Shown: positions 37,735 to 48,150 of the stretch, one piece after another | How positions within the stretch are numbered: the stretch's first letter is position 1 | How the letters are laid out: the number at the start of each line of letters is the position of its first letter | Virus record (IMG/VR): IMGVR_UViG_3300025133_000033 | DNA length: 64,000 nt | Reading direction: 5' to 3' (one strand) | Origin: a virus | The notes under the pieces: generated by a model | What the model saw: only the letters and a program-made list of their open reading frames with translations | Database searches by the model: none | What the model was told of the DNA's origin: nothing | Translations under genes and position numbers: made by a program

Positions 37735-38227
37735 ATTCTAAACATAAAACATTCTTAGAGACACGCAGCAATTCGTTTTGAATAGCCTCCCACTTTGACC
37801 AGCCAAGATTCTGAACCACCATAATCATAACGCTGATACAAAAGGCCCAATCAAAAGTATTGTCTTCAAAGGGTAGATTTGTCAAGTCTTCTACTCTAAA
37901 GTCTTTGCCGGGATACATTTGCTGAGCAATAGAGATGAAGTCTGGGGACTGATCAACCCCTACATACCCTCCTCCTGCATCGGGATTTATATTTATCAGC
38001 TCTGAGGCACGACCATAACCACAGCCAGCATCAAGGACCATACAGTCTGGATCTATAAGGTCAGAGAGGATCTTTTTATGATGCTCCGTCACCTCCTGCC
38101 ACATATGTTCTGGTACTCGGAATACAGAGTGTCTTATATTGCCGACCCCTATTGCCTCCTTGATACGTTTGTTCCAAAACTCAGGAGTATCTACAGGCTT
38201 TTGCCTTTCAATTATCTCGTCATTCAT
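37676..38227 (-). CDS. Class I SAM methyltransferase
   Basis: VLDAGCGYG, LPFEDNTFD. Confidence 0.9.
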   Translation of the reverse strand: MNDEIIERQKPVDTPEFWNKRIKEAIGVGNIRHSVFRVPEHMWQEVTEHHKKILSDLIDPDCMVLDAGCGYGRASELININPDAGGGYVGVDQSPDFISIAQQMYPGKDFRVEDLTNLPFEDNTFDWAFCISVMIMVVQNLGWSKWEAIQNELLRVSKNVLCLEYGTADTDTESSTYYVISSS

Positions 38228-39123
38228 ATTTGCTCCAACATTTTTTCGACTCGATGAATATAACAGTGTCTATCTAAAACAACGGCCTGAGTTCTCTGTG
38301 CTTTTCCCTTACAATGCTCTGGACTAGCTAGTGAGTCACGAATTAAAGAAACCAAATGATCATAGTTATGAAACATAGTTAATTCTGTGGGAGAGAACTG
38401 CTTTGCTAGATCAGCAGAGTAGGGGTGTAATATATAGGCTCCATAACCACCAAGGATATAGACTCTGTTTGACCAGTAGCTATCACTGACAGGAGGCAAG
38501 GCCAACATTATCTGTGTATTTTCAATAGTATATTTAAGTTCGTGCTGGAATATAGTATACTGAAGATGAGCCATAGGCCCAAAGTCGCTGGATAGCCTCA
38601 TGATTATTTCTGCCCGCTCACGATAGCCATTGCCTGGAGTCTGCCCAATAAATAATAGCTTTCTCCAAGTAGTCTCTCCTCTATGAGCAGTATATTTGTC
38701 ATGTATATGGTCTGTAGTAATTCCTATCATGCGGCTATCAAAGCCTTGTTTTAAGTCAATGACATTGGGTCTATTTTTAATTCTTACGTAATCACCATCA
38801 GTATAGAATCCTCTATAGACATGCTCATCTATGGCCTCAATATATTTATCGTTCCACGGGAATCCTTTATAGAGAGGATCAAAGAACCAGACTATACCTT
38901 TCCACTTATTGCAGACCCATCGAGCATAGTCTACGGGCAGCTTATGGAACAGGACAAAATCGAACTCTTCATTATCAAAGCTGTCTAACGTAGGCTGGTC
39001 CTGAGCAAGAGTGCGGAAGTCCATAGTATGAACCTCGTGACCAAGCTGTCTGAAGGACCATGTAATTGCTCCTTCGTCGTCATTATTTTGCTGGCCATGT
39101 CTGCCTAGATATAAGATTTTCAT
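38224..39123 (-). CDS. CgeB-like glycosyltransferase
   Basis: YWSNRVY..G, HCYIHRV. Confidence 0.75.
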   Translation of the reverse strand: MKILYLGRHGQQNNDDEGAITWSFRQLGHEVHTMDFRTLAQDQPTLDSFDNEEFDFVLFHKLPVDYARWVCNKWKGIVWFFDPLYKGFPWNDKYIEAIDEHVYRGFYTDGDYVRIKNRPNVIDLKQGFDSRMIGITTDHIHDKYTAHRGETTWRKLLFIGQTPGNGYRERAEIIMRLSSDFGPMAHLQYTIFQHELKYTIENTQIMLALPPVSDSYWSNRVYILGGYGAYILHPYSADLAKQFSPTELTMFHNYDHLVSLIRDSLASPEHCKGKAQRTQAVVLDRHCYIHRVEKMLEQI

Positions 39124-39680
39124 TGCTCTCTAACCTTAAATAAACCTATTTGCTTAACACGTTCTACTGGCTCTAACCAACCCATCACTACATCATAGTA
39201 GGTGCGATGAGATAGGTGTGGATGGTATGCCTCTGGCCCAAAGTCATGGATTAGTACTCGGCTATTAGAGTCTCGCAATAAAGCCTTAGCTAAGGAAGCA
39301 CATGCTACCCTCGCCCTTCCATCTATATACATTAGGTCGAAAGGTTTATTTAGAGACAAGAGAGGTGCGGTGACATAAGATGCGAAGTCCATAAAATCGC
39401 CGTCATCTCCTGCGGGAGTCTTTCTTCCCGATCCATCAAACTGATCTTCCCATAGCATATTGTCAGGGGGGACAAATAAATATTCTACATTGTCATTAAG
39501 CTTTGACTTTATCTTGTTGTACCACTTGGCAGTATGCTCTACAGAGGTTAGGTGCTCTGCCTTATTCTGTAATACTGTGGTTGAATGCCCTGATCCATAC
39601 TCAAGTATGCTTTTCGGATTATTCTTTTCTATCCAATCAAGTATAAACTTCTGTTCGTCTGGATCAGTCCAAAATTCCAT
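39120..39680 (-). CDS. SAM-dependent methyltransferase
   Basis: ILEYGSGHST, SVEH, IDGRAR, IHD. Confidence 0.85.
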   Translation of the reverse strand: MEFWTDPDEQKFILDWIEKNNPKSILEYGSGHSTTVLQNKAEHLTSVEHTAKWYNKIKSKLNDNVEYLFVPPDNMLWEDQFDGSGRKTPAGDDGDFMDFASYVTAPLLSLNKPFDLMYIDGRARVACASLAKALLRDSNSRVLIHDFGPEAYHPHLSHRTYYDVVMGWLEPVERVKQIGLFKVREQ

Positions 39681-39738
39681 TATTATCTCCTGTTTCTGCT
39701 ACGCATTTGTCCTAGTAAGGCTATTCTTCGTATGCCCT

Positions 39739-40608
39739 TCATTTTATAATATCTTTTAACTGCCCTGCAAAGGCTGGGCCACTAAAGTGGCTACAGTAGG
39801 CTTGCTGGTCTAATAAATCCGTGTCTGGAGGATTCATCCATAATTGACTTATCTCATAGCAAAGATCGTCATAAGAATCAAATTGATACCTGTATCCACG
39901 ATCCTGAAAGATATCATTAGCTCCTTGAGTGACTGAATTGGGGAATAGTACAGGCTTTCCTAAATTATACGCTTCTAATAAAGACATTCCTCCAGTCGAA
40001 GCCTCGTTGTTTGTTGTTGCAATAAAGGAACAGCCAGAGAGAATGTCTTTGTATTGTTCAAAGGTCCACCTCTTATCTCTATTGCACATATAAGGGATAT
40101 TTAGCTCCGTACACGCCCTAATCCCCCATTCTGCCGTCATATCCCAAGGATATTGTCTTTGAGCAAAACATACATAATGACGATTGCAAACACTACGTCC
40201 TTCAAAGTATTGTGCAAAAGTCCTAACACAATGAACGTTGGTAAACCCAAAGCTTTCTAGGCATAGTTTACTACCAGCATTAGGACACATGATAGTGATA
40301 TAATCTTTGTATGGCTTTAATAATCTTGCTACTAGGCTGTCGTCCTGTTGTCTATTCTCAAAGTAAAAATCCCAAATAAAAATGAATGTTGGCTTAGGCC
40401 GTGTTTCTAGTAAATATACTAGCTGGTCTAGTTCTCCTTCGGTAAATAGAGACAGGTATATATCAGCATCCTCCTGCCGAGACAACTGTAAGTAAGAAGG
40501 CAGGGCTTGAAAGACGGGGGATAAAAAAGAGCTGGTATTAGTTACGTCTGCTCGTTTCTGGGGGCCTACCTGCGTTACTAAGTATACTTTTTTGCAATTC
40601 CCTGACAT
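39739..40608 (-). CDS. Putative GT-B glycosyltransferase (paralog of 33382-34248)
   Basis: EASTGGMSLLEA, ACTELNIPY. Confidence 0.65.
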   Translation of the reverse strand: MSGNCKKVYLVTQVGPQKRADVTNTSSFLSPVFQALPSYLQLSRQEDADIYLSLFTEGELDQLVYLLETRPKPTFIFIWDFYFENRQQDDSLVARLLKPYKDYITIMCPNAGSKLCLESFGFTNVHCVRTFAQYFEGRSVCNRHYVCFAQRQYPWDMTAEWGIRACTELNIPYMCNRDKRWTFEQYKDILSGCSFIATTNNEASTGGMSLLEAYNLGKPVLFPNSVTQGANDIFQDRGYRYQFDSYDDLCYEISQLWMNPPDTDLLDQQAYCSHFSGPAFAGQLKDIIK

Positions 40609-40756
40609 ATGTTTCCTCTAGTCTTATCAATTCTTTTCTATACTCAAGCATCTCCTTCTCTTTATCTTCTATAAGCGAACGCATACCTAAAATATGCCTA
40701 AATGCCAAAGATTTAGATAGAGCTATTTTATTATTATCGGCGTCAAAACCAAACAT
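40538..40756 (-). CDS. Hypothetical protein
   Basis: 72 aa. Confidence 0.45.
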   Translation of the reverse strand: MFGFDADNNKIALSKSLAFRHILGMRSLIEDKEKEMLEYRKELIRLEETYVRELQKSILSNAGRPPETSRRN

Positions 40757-40765
40757 ATTATTTTT

Positions 40766-41761
40766 TTATCTTAGCACCTCATCATATCTTGGCTTTAGCT
40801 TATCCCCCTGGTTAGCCTTAGCCCACAGAGCACCCTCTTTCGACTGCTTGCTAATGTCCTGACCAGCCCATTTGTCTATCGTCTCAGCTATAGATTGTGG
40901 TCGTATCATCGCGTTTTTAATCTCAACCCCTGTCCACGGCTGAACTGTTTTAAAATAGCCGCTTACGGGGATCAGGGGCTCTCGTGGAAGCCATTCGTTG
41001 ATGGGGAACCTATCTCCTGCCATCACACACATACCGGCAGCAGAAGCCTCCTGAAGAGGTAGTGATAGCCCGTTAAATTTCTCTGGAAATAGAAATACAT
41101 CCCCAGTCTTCCATAGCTCTTGGAAGGGGATCTGCTCTTTGACTATCTCGACTCTATCATCTTTAATTTCATCAACAAGACTTAGCAGCTCAGGCTTAGC
41201 GTCTGGTTGTATTCGTATGATCAGTTTTATATCTGATTTAATCATTGGAAGAGCCTGCACTACCTCTACGGTCCCATTACGTGAGAAGATTCCCCCATGA
41301 CCCACATTATGTACGAAGACGTTAGCCTTCTCACGAAGGTTCCACTCCACATCATTAGGTGCAGGCACAGGAATATAGCAGGCATTAAAGTCCTGGTAAT
41401 ACTCTAGATCGAGAGGAGAGGGACAAATGAACTCGTCCACAAGAGCCAAGGACTGCGTTGGAGTAGACTCATACATAGGCATAAGAACAACCTTCTTACT
41501 CTTGTATTTTGCACGCTGAACAAGAGACCAATCAAATGGATTGGGCATAGGTGCCTCTAATAACAGAAGAGTATCAATGGAGTCTAAGAACTCATCTGCG
41601 GCAAGGATGATATCCTCAGTAGGATACCATTCTAAATGTGATTCAAATTTTGGATGCTGTACTACTAGAACCTTGTCTATTATCTTTGACTCATAAAGAA
41701 GCTTCGCTAAGATACCTAGACCAGATTTAGTAGCATAGACTATAGAGCCTACAACTGACAT
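40766..41761 (-). CDS. Glycosyltransferase (GT4)
   Basis: DVFLFP..NGLSLPLQEASAAG. Confidence 0.8.
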   Translation of the reverse strand: MSVVGSIVYATKSGLGILAKLLYESKIIDKVLVVQHPKFESHLEWYPTEDIILAADEFLDSIDTLLLLEAPMPNPFDWSLVQRAKYKSKKVVLMPMYESTPTQSLALVDEFICPSPLDLEYYQDFNACYIPVPAPNDVEWNLREKANVFVHNVGHGGIFSRNGTVEVVQALPMIKSDIKLIIRIQPDAKPELLSLVDEIKDDRVEIVKEQIPFQELWKTGDVFLFPEKFNGLSLPLQEASAAGMCVMAGDRFPINEWLPREPLIPVSGYFKTVQPWTGVEIKNAMIRPQSIAETIDKWAGQDISKQSKEGALWAKANQGDKLKPRYDEVLR

Positions 41762-42654
41762 TCCTTTTCCTCGCTAACATTTTTTTTCATAGCAACTACA
41801 GCACGCCCCACTAGATCTTCCCAATCCTTCTCGGGCCTGACCTTATTATTATACTCTCGGGCTGTTTCTAACAATGCTGCATCTACCCCGTTATCTTTAA
41901 ACAAGGTAATCATTCCGCTTAAGTCTTTTGGAAAACAGCTTCCCCCAAAGCCCAGCTTACCATCTGGTCCTGGCACCTCCCAATGAGTAGGTTCGATACG
42001 ACGGTCTGCGATGACTGCCGACTTAATAAACTTAGAGTAGTCAACTCCTAGCTCCTGACAAAGCTGATACATATGATTAGCAAATGTTACCTTGACAGAG
42101 AAGTATGAATTCGTAATGTATTTAATAAGCTCCGCTTCTATAGGCGACACAAAGATACACTCTGCCTGCGTCCATAGATTTTTATGATAGTCCTTAAGCA
42201 CTGTTCTAACTTGAGGATTGTTATGCGGATTAGCAATTCCTAGAACATGACGATCAGAGTTCTTAAAATCTTCGTAGGCATTACGCTCAGTCAAGAATTC
42301 TGGGTTCGTAACTAAAATCAGACTATTAAATAAAGACTGTAGCCTTTCGCTTGTCCCAGGCACCATAGTAGATTTGATTAGGACAAGAGGCATCTTGTTG
42401 GCGGCAGAAGCACAGTTGTTGAGAAGCCTCAAGGCATCTGTCACAATATCTAGGTGGCATCTACCCTCCTTATCCATAGGGGTAGGCAGGCAGAGATAAA
42501 TCATCTCACTGTTCCTAACTACATTATGATACCCTATATCAAAAGGAATATCGTCTTTGATATCATAAGTAGTAATAGAATGATCACACCACTCTTCAAG
42601 AAAGGTTCTGATTGCTGTCCCTACAAATCCTTGGCCTATAATTCCTATCTTCAT
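41749..42654 (-). CDS. UDP-glucose/GDP-mannose dehydrogenase family protein, C-terminally short
   Basis: GQGFVG, CLPTP, KST, NPEFL, GFGGSCFPKD. Confidence 0.9.
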   Translation of the reverse strand: MKIGIIGQGFVGTAIRTFLEEWCDHSITTYDIKDDIPFDIGYHNVVRNSEMIYLCLPTPMDKEGRCHLDIVTDALRLLNNCASAANKMPLVLIKSTMVPGTSERLQSLFNSLILVTNPEFLTERNAYEDFKNSDRHVLGIANPHNNPQVRTVLKDYHKNLWTQAECIFVSPIEAELIKYITNSYFSVKVTFANHMYQLCQELGVDYSKFIKSAVIADRRIEPTHWEVPGPDGKLGFGGSCFPKDLSGMITLFKDNGVDAALLETAREYNNKVRPEKDWEDLVGRAVVAMKKNVSEEKECQL

Positions 42655-43508
42655 GCCTTTATCTCCACTAAATCCCAGAATTTATTTTTAGACTCATCGC
42701 ACCGCTTACGGAACTCTTGAAGCCCGTAACTATTATAGTCATGCACTGCCCCTATATTATCTCCAACCTCTAGGTCAATACCACAGAGGACAGCCTCTCC
42801 AACCGCACGACAGAACGCTTCAAAGCCAATGGGGTGATAGTATAAGGTCTTGTACTTGTTATATAATACAGGCATGTAGTCGTAGCTTACAGTACCTAGA
42901 AATTCTACATTAGGAAATCTCCTAACAGTATTCTCCATGTTCGGGTCACCCCAAGCGGCAACAACAAATTGCTTATCAGGATTATGGAGGACATGAGAGA
43001 AAAAGTTCTGAGTCCCTTTAAGAAAATGCATGAACCCAATATATAAGGTCTTGTCTTGTCTTTCTTCTGGACTCTTGGTTACCTTAAACTTTTTAGTATT
43101 AATAGGAGGAGTTATGATGCTGACATTATGAAAGATGGGTCCAAATCTTTCAACAAACATCCGGTGATGATAATCGGATAGAAAAAAAGACTGCTTAGCA
43201 CTACCGTATAATAGCTTACGGTCTTCTACAGAGAGATATGAGCAAGAGTCATGCTCTAGTCGCACATGATTAGGGAACTGGCATATGAACTGAAACACCT
43301 CGGGACGACGTAATCTCAGGTGCTCTAGGTTGTTACTGACTAGTAGATCAAAGGTATTGGCCTGTATTAGTTCATCTCTATCATTTAGATTAAAGCAAGT
43401 GATCTCATGACCCCTCTTCCTTCCCTCTTTAATGATCTCGTCATCTGTCCTTTGCGACCCACCAGGATTATTATTGATGTTGAAGTCGCTTATCCATAAT
43501 ACTTTCAT
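42651..43508 (-). CDS. Glycosyltransferase (GT4)
   Basis: KGT, EAFCRAVGEA. Confidence 0.8.
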   Translation of the reverse strand: MKVLWISDFNINNNPGGSQRTDDEIIKEGRKRGHEITCFNLNDRDELIQANTFDLLVSNNLEHLRLRRPEVFQFICQFPNHVRLEHDSCSYLSVEDRKLLYGSAKQSFFLSDYHHRMFVERFGPIFHNVSIITPPINTKKFKVTKSPEERQDKTLYIGFMHFLKGTQNFFSHVLHNPDKQFVVAAWGDPNMENTVRRFPNVEFLGTVSYDYMPVLYNKYKTLYYHPIGFEAFCRAVGEAVLCGIDLEVGDNIGAVHDYNSYGLQEFRKRCDESKNKFWDLVEIKA

Positions 43509-43516
43509 ATTGGTCC

Positions 43517-44137
43517 TTATCTTAATGGTGCTGGCAGGTATGGGCTTGGTTCACTTTTCGTAGCCATACGACCAAAGATCTTATCGTAATCAAAAAATCG
43601 CCAGCGATTTTGGTGATCAAAATTAGGGGCGTAACAAGCCTCAGTTATATACTTATGAGTATCTATCCAATTATCGAAAAACATATCATGCTTGCAAATT
43701 CCAAACATCCAGTGAGGTATTTCTTTCTTTCCTTGAGGACAGCAGATAATAACGGGCTTGCGTTGGTAGGAAGATAGGCATGACTCATGGTAGCTACCAC
43801 ACATATGAGCTGTCTTGTCTATATAAAGAAGAACCGCATCGGCCTTATCAACCATGCGGTAATCGTCTGCTACGACAGTCTTAATGATCTCGTGCATCTC
43901 ATCGTAGCGTCCTTCCTCTTTCATATCGAGGATCATTTGATAGTATCCATCGTCCTCATCTAGTCCGTAGGTTGCCTTATTGTATGGGCAAAGTACTCCT
44001 ATGCCATGAGAATGGAGGAATTTAGTCTCTTCCTGTCTCCATGTAGCACCACGATCAGCTACATCATCCATAGGACCAGCCAAGTAAAACATGGCCCCAT
44101 CTAATCTATGTCTCATTAAATTATCCTGTAGTACCAA
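43517..44137 (-). CDS. Nucleoside 2'-deoxyribosyltransferase-like protein
   Basis: YLAGPM..WR, D...VDKAD, GSYHE. Confidence 0.8.
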   Translation of the reverse strand: MVLQDNLMRHRLDGAMFYLAGPMDDVADRGATWRQEETKFLHSHGIGVLCPYNKATYGLDEDDGYYQMILDMKEEGRYDEMHEIIKTVVADDYRMVDKADAVLLYIDKTAHMCGSYHESCLSSYQRKPVIICCPQGKKEIPHWMFGICKHDMFFDNWIDTHKYITEACYAPNFDHQNRWRFFDYDKIFGRMATKSEPSPYLPAPLR

Positions 44138-44636
44138 CCACTACCAGCGTAAATGCTGCTCCTGAACCAACTGCCCCATCCCCCAAGATGACTTCTCGAT
44201 TGGTCCCATCTACCACTAGTCCAGCCGTAGGATCGGAATAAATATAGCAGGACTTAGGCTTTATCAGCACATTTCCAGTTCCGCCATTAAACAAAGTGTC
44301 TAAAGCCAATGTTCCTGTAGAGTATACATGAATATCTACTCCAGACAATGTTTGTCTGTTCTCAAAAATTATACTCTTGACTTGATTGAATTGAACAGAT
44401 GTGACTAAATCAAAAACTTCTTTTTCTAGTGCCCTAAGATCGAAGTACTGCTTACCCCCTGAAGGAAGGTTCCCGCTCGCAATTACACCGTAGTTAATTT
44501 CCTCAGAGCCAGTGCCATTAGTAAGAGCCTGACTATAGGCTAGACCAGCGGACTCATTCTGTAGATTTGATCCTGCTTTAATTAAAGTAAAATTAATATC
44601 ACTTTCTAGAGTGGCTGTTGCCGTTACGTTTGACAT
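44121..44636 (-). CDS. Probable virion structural protein
   Basis: S/G/T-rich beta-type sequence. Confidence 0.5.
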   Translation of the reverse strand: MSNVTATATLESDINFTLIKAGSNLQNESAGLAYSQALTNGTGSEEINYGVIASGNLPSGGKQYFDLRALEKEVFDLVTSVQFNQVKSIIFENRQTLSGVDIHVYSTGTLALDTLFNGGTGNVLIKPKSCYIYSDPTAGLVVDGTNREVILGDGAVGSGAAFTLVVVGTTG

Positions 44637-45075
44637 TTTTATCCCTTATCTTTCTCTTTCTTACTTGTTTGATTCGATGAGGCTCTAAGTTCATGCCTGT
44701 ATGTGGTGACACGCACGTTGGTCCCATATAGATGAATGCAAAACCTGCATTTTTATGAGAGGCCCCATAGGTATGTAGTCCCTTATTGTCCATTCCTACT
44801 ACCTTAAATACACCAGTATGACCCATTCTAATCCGTTCTCCAGCTCTCCCGTCCTCTGAGTCATATTGGGCTAAGAAGTATGGTCCTGTACCTTGTACAA
44901 CCTTAATATAAGTATCTATTTCGAGATTTTTCCAATCCATTATCTCATTTTTAATAGGAGTTTTCTTAGCAACAAACTCATGGCGACAATATTTGCAGAT
45001 AAAGCTGCGTGAAGCACTTACTCCTCCGCACTCAGGGCATAGCTTTTGTCCACGTTTTAGCTTTAGATTAGTCAT
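44599..45075 (-). CDS. Zinc-finger hypothetical protein
   Basis: CPEC..CKYC. Confidence 0.65.
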   Translation of the reverse strand: MTNLKLKRGQKLCPECGGVSASRSFICKYCRHEFVAKKTPIKNEIMDWKNLEIDTYIKVVQGTGPYFLAQYDSEDGRAGERIRMGHTGVFKVVGMDNKGLHTYGASHKNAGFAFIYMGPTCVSPHTGMNLEPHRIKQVRKRKIRDKNVKRNGNSHSRK

Positions 45076-45104
45076 TAAAAGTGTCCTATTAAATTAGTAT
45101 TGTA

Positions 45105-45410
45105 TCATCCGTTCACGCTATCGTCAAGATCCTTCTCCCTAAGAAAAGCACCGATCCCTGCCAGCAGGACCGATTCAGTGCCCCACAGCTCGTCACGACT
45201 TCTCTTGCTCATTTTTGCCGCCACCTCGTCCTTTGACCAGCGAACGAGCGTAGAGTCCCCCTTCTTGGCGACAAAGGCCCACTTGGATTCTTCGTCCTCT
45301 TCGGGTTTCTCGGGTATGGTTTCTTCGTAGCCAAAATAAAAGTAATATTGACCAGCAGTTAATATTGCATAATCATCACTGGTAGCCAGTGTGGTTTTCT
45401 TTGTTTTCAT
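45105..45410 (-). CDS. Hypothetical protein
   Basis: 101 aa. Confidence 0.6.
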   Translation of the reverse strand: MKTKKTTLATSDDYAILTAGQYYFYFGYEETIPEKPEEDEESKWAFVAKKGDSTLVRWSKDEVAAKMSKRSRDELWGTESVLLAGIGAFLREKDLDDSVNG

Positions 45411-45411
45411 T

Positions 45412-45969
45412 TTACCCTCTATGGTAAGTTAATTCTTCAGATTCAAAATAATTTTCATACTCTTTATCGTAAATTCGTAAGCAGATTTTCCCGCCGAATT
45501 TAAATTCGCTGTAATACTCCTCTTTTTTATCTTCAAGCATCTTAGCAATAGACTCTGGAGATATAATGGCCCAACGAGCACTATCATAATTCATATTGCT
45601 TAGATCATAGTTAATATTTCCAGTATCGTAGAATAACAGGATAGAAGCACCCGCCTCGACATACTTTTGTAAATTATACACCTTGAACGTACACTTGTGT
45701 CCTACATAGGAATTCTTAACCTCTAGCTCTACATCATCTCCGTCAATAGTCGCCGCATAGTCAGCATCACAACTAGCCTTACCCTTTACAACCTTACCGG
45801 AGTTATCCACCCCATTATCACGCACGTCAATTTTGTGACCACGATGTTTCATTTCCCTTTTAAATGTTTGAATAAGAAACTTCTCCTTCTTAGTCCTCGA
45901 ACTAATGTCTCGTTTAAATTCAGCATCAGTCCTAACATCTCGTCTCTGGTTGTAACTTCGTTTGCTCAT
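45412..45969 (-). CDS. PD-(D/E)XK nuclease-like protein
   Basis: DADY...LEVK. Confidence 0.6.
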   Translation of the reverse strand: MSKRSYNQRRDVRTDAEFKRDISSRTKKEKFLIQTFKREMKHRGHKIDVRDNGVDNSGKVVKGKASCDADYAATIDGDDVELEVKNSYVGHKCTFKVYNLQKYVEAGASILLFYDTGNINYDLSNMNYDSARWAIISPESIAKMLEDKKEEYYSEFKFGGKICLRIYDKEYENYFESEELTYHRG

Positions 45970-46067
45970 ATTCTCTTTTCCAAAAAATTTTTATGAATAG
46001 CTAATTAAAAGACCACTTTTAGGATTCAACAAAAAAATTTTATGCTGACCTGACTAAATGGCAACTT

Positions 46068-46607
46068 TTAGTCCAAATACCTCAAAACATTTTTTACAGC
46101 AGCATTATCATCATTGTCTCGCGGCCCGCTCATGAAGGCTATCTTTATATCGTTTTTTACAAGCAGATCTGCTAGATTAGCATCTAGTTCAAGTGCCTCT
46201 TTTGCCGTTTGAACTCGTCCTATGGAATTATAGGTTTTTCGCCGTCTGAGGAAAAAGTTCAGATTATCGAATTCATTGAATTGGTCGATTACGTACTTAG
46301 AAAACGATTTTGGGAACATTCCCGGCTTTTCATAAAGTAGCGAAAGCAAGATTGGAGAGTCTGTTACGACAACATCCACTTTTCCCTTTAATCGCCATAA
46401 ATTCCGCATTTGCTTCGAAAAGATGTAGGGTTGGCACTCTAGCGTTTTTGCTCGTTCTTCCCAAACCAGTTCTTTCGCCTCCTCATGGACATATTCGACT
46501 TTCACCCCTTTCTTCTTCAAGAAATAAGATACACCATATGCCAGAGTAGACTTTCCTGCTCCTGGTCCCGCAAAAAGGTTAATTACCTTCATTCTATTGA
46601 CTCCCAA
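46068..46607 (-). CDS. NadR/AAA_28-like P-loop kinase
   Basis: GPGAGKST, TDSP, GRVQ. Confidence 0.8.
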   Translation of the reverse strand: MGVNRMKVINLFAGPGAGKSTLAYGVSYFLKKKGVKVEYVHEEAKELVWEERAKTLECQPYIFSKQMRNLWRLKGKVDVVVTDSPILLSLLYEKPGMFPKSFSKYVIDQFNEFDNLNFFLRRRKTYNSIGRVQTAKEALELDANLADLLVKNDIKIAFMSGPRDNDDNAAVKNVLRYLD

Positions 46608-46780
46608 ACAAGTATCACCTCTCCCTTTTTATAGGGAGTGGCAACTTGCATAAAAAGGGTTTCGCCCTTATTCACTCCTTCAAGCAATTTGACCTTTGCT
46701 CTACCACAGTGAATACCGTGAAAAAACATTTCATACTCTAGAACCTTAGCCTTAACTTGTTTACGCATCCTACTTTCTCC

Positions 46781-48142
46781 TTAAAAGGGAACGGGGGGGC
46801 ACCAATCTGTTCCCGTAAGTGCCCTTTTGATAACAACCTTGGCTGTTCTACAAGCCCCATTTTGCTGGTTTTGAGGACCATGAACCTGGATAATGACACC
46901 TTTGTTATTCATTTCTATGGTAGCCTTATTTCCTGATTTCTCATAATGATAGATGAAGCTTTGGCCTTGAGCTGCTTTATATGCATAAGAGCCAACACAA
47001 TGACTCATCTTTTTGCCTTCTCCACGAACTTCTCCCACAGTTTTCAAAAGGGTAAGTCCAGAGATATCTAGTTCTCCCCAAGGAGGATCAGGAAGAGCAT
47101 AACTATCTTTATAACGAGACTCATACATAGTGGTCATGGGTCCATTCAATCTTACCTGGCCTTCATGCCACCTAAAACTTCGCATAAATAAACCCTTCAG
47201 ATCTCCATGATAAGTTTCAGGATAGTCATTCAAGTATCTTTTAAAGTCCTCTATCCTAGACATTCTGTTCATTTTATAATCCAGACCTCGATAACGAGCC
47301 ATACGTGCTACACGCAAAATGTCTTCATTTGTACTACGACGAAATACGGAAAGATGCCTATCAGAATGTATAAAGTCTCCGCGATCTGTAAGCATGAATA
47401 AGATCTTTACCTTACCATACCAAGGCGTATCTAAGCGATGACGCCGTACATCCTCAACTATACCACCGTACATACATCTTGGAAAGCTCATTAGAGTTTT
47501 ATTCAAAGACCTATAAGGCTTTCCTGTATCAGAATACATCTCCATCCAATTAACATCGTCTGGTACAACCTTACTATGCACGCGAAGACTTCTCAGTGCG
47601 TATGCTGCCGCAGGATACTTAAGAAGATCGCTAAGCCAATATTTCGATTGAAATGCCGATTCTAAAAAGGAACTAGAAAAGGCTCCAAGGGCACCAGGAC
47701 CAAAGGCGGAACAAAGAGCCCTAGAAAGAGTCCGGCGAGCGGGATCTTGGTATTTCTCCATCATTTCGTTCCAATGAGTAGCAAACCTCTTGCGGATATT
47801 ATAAACCGCTTTACCATGCCACCACTTCTTTAGCTTGCGAGGCAAATCCTTTCCTGTATTCTTTTCTTTCCAAAAATCAGGCTGATAACTGGGCTGAGTA
47901 AAACGATTAGTATGATCATAGGGCCAATTAAGCAATATCTCCATACATTGTTTTTGTAGCTCGCGATACTGAGCCGCGAAAAAGAATTGCGATACCCCGT
48001 ATGTACAGCCCTGCTCGTATTTTGCAACATCAACCATCACAACGCCAAAGTCGCGTGCTAGGATACTCACCTGACTGCCCGTTACTTTATTAGTAACGGT
48101 GAACCCGCCATCAGTTTTTTCAAAAAGAAATTTAAATAACAT
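46781..48142 (-). CDS. PcfJ-like domain protein
   Basis: EGKKMSHCVGSY...TIE..Q.HGPQN. Confidence 0.8.
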   Translation of the reverse strand: MLFKFLFEKTDGGFTVTNKVTGSQVSILARDFGVVMVDVAKYEQGCTYGVSQFFFAAQYRELQKQCMEILLNWPYDHTNRFTQPSYQPDFWKEKNTGKDLPRKLKKWWHGKAVYNIRKRFATHWNEMMEKYQDPARRTLSRALCSAFGPGALGAFSSSFLESAFQSKYWLSDLLKYPAAAYALRSLRVHSKVVPDDVNWMEMYSDTGKPYRSLNKTLMSFPRCMYGGIVEDVRRHRLDTPWYGKVKILFMLTDRGDFIHSDRHLSVFRRSTNEDILRVARMARYRGLDYKMNRMSRIEDFKRYLNDYPETYHGDLKGLFMRSFRWHEGQVRLNGPMTTMYESRYKDSYALPDPPWGELDISGLTLLKTVGEVRGEGKKMSHCVGSYAYKAAQGQSFIYHYEKSGNKATIEMNNKGVIIQVHGPQNQQNGACRTAKVVIKRALTGTDWCPPVPF

Positions 48143-48150
48143 AGTTTATC

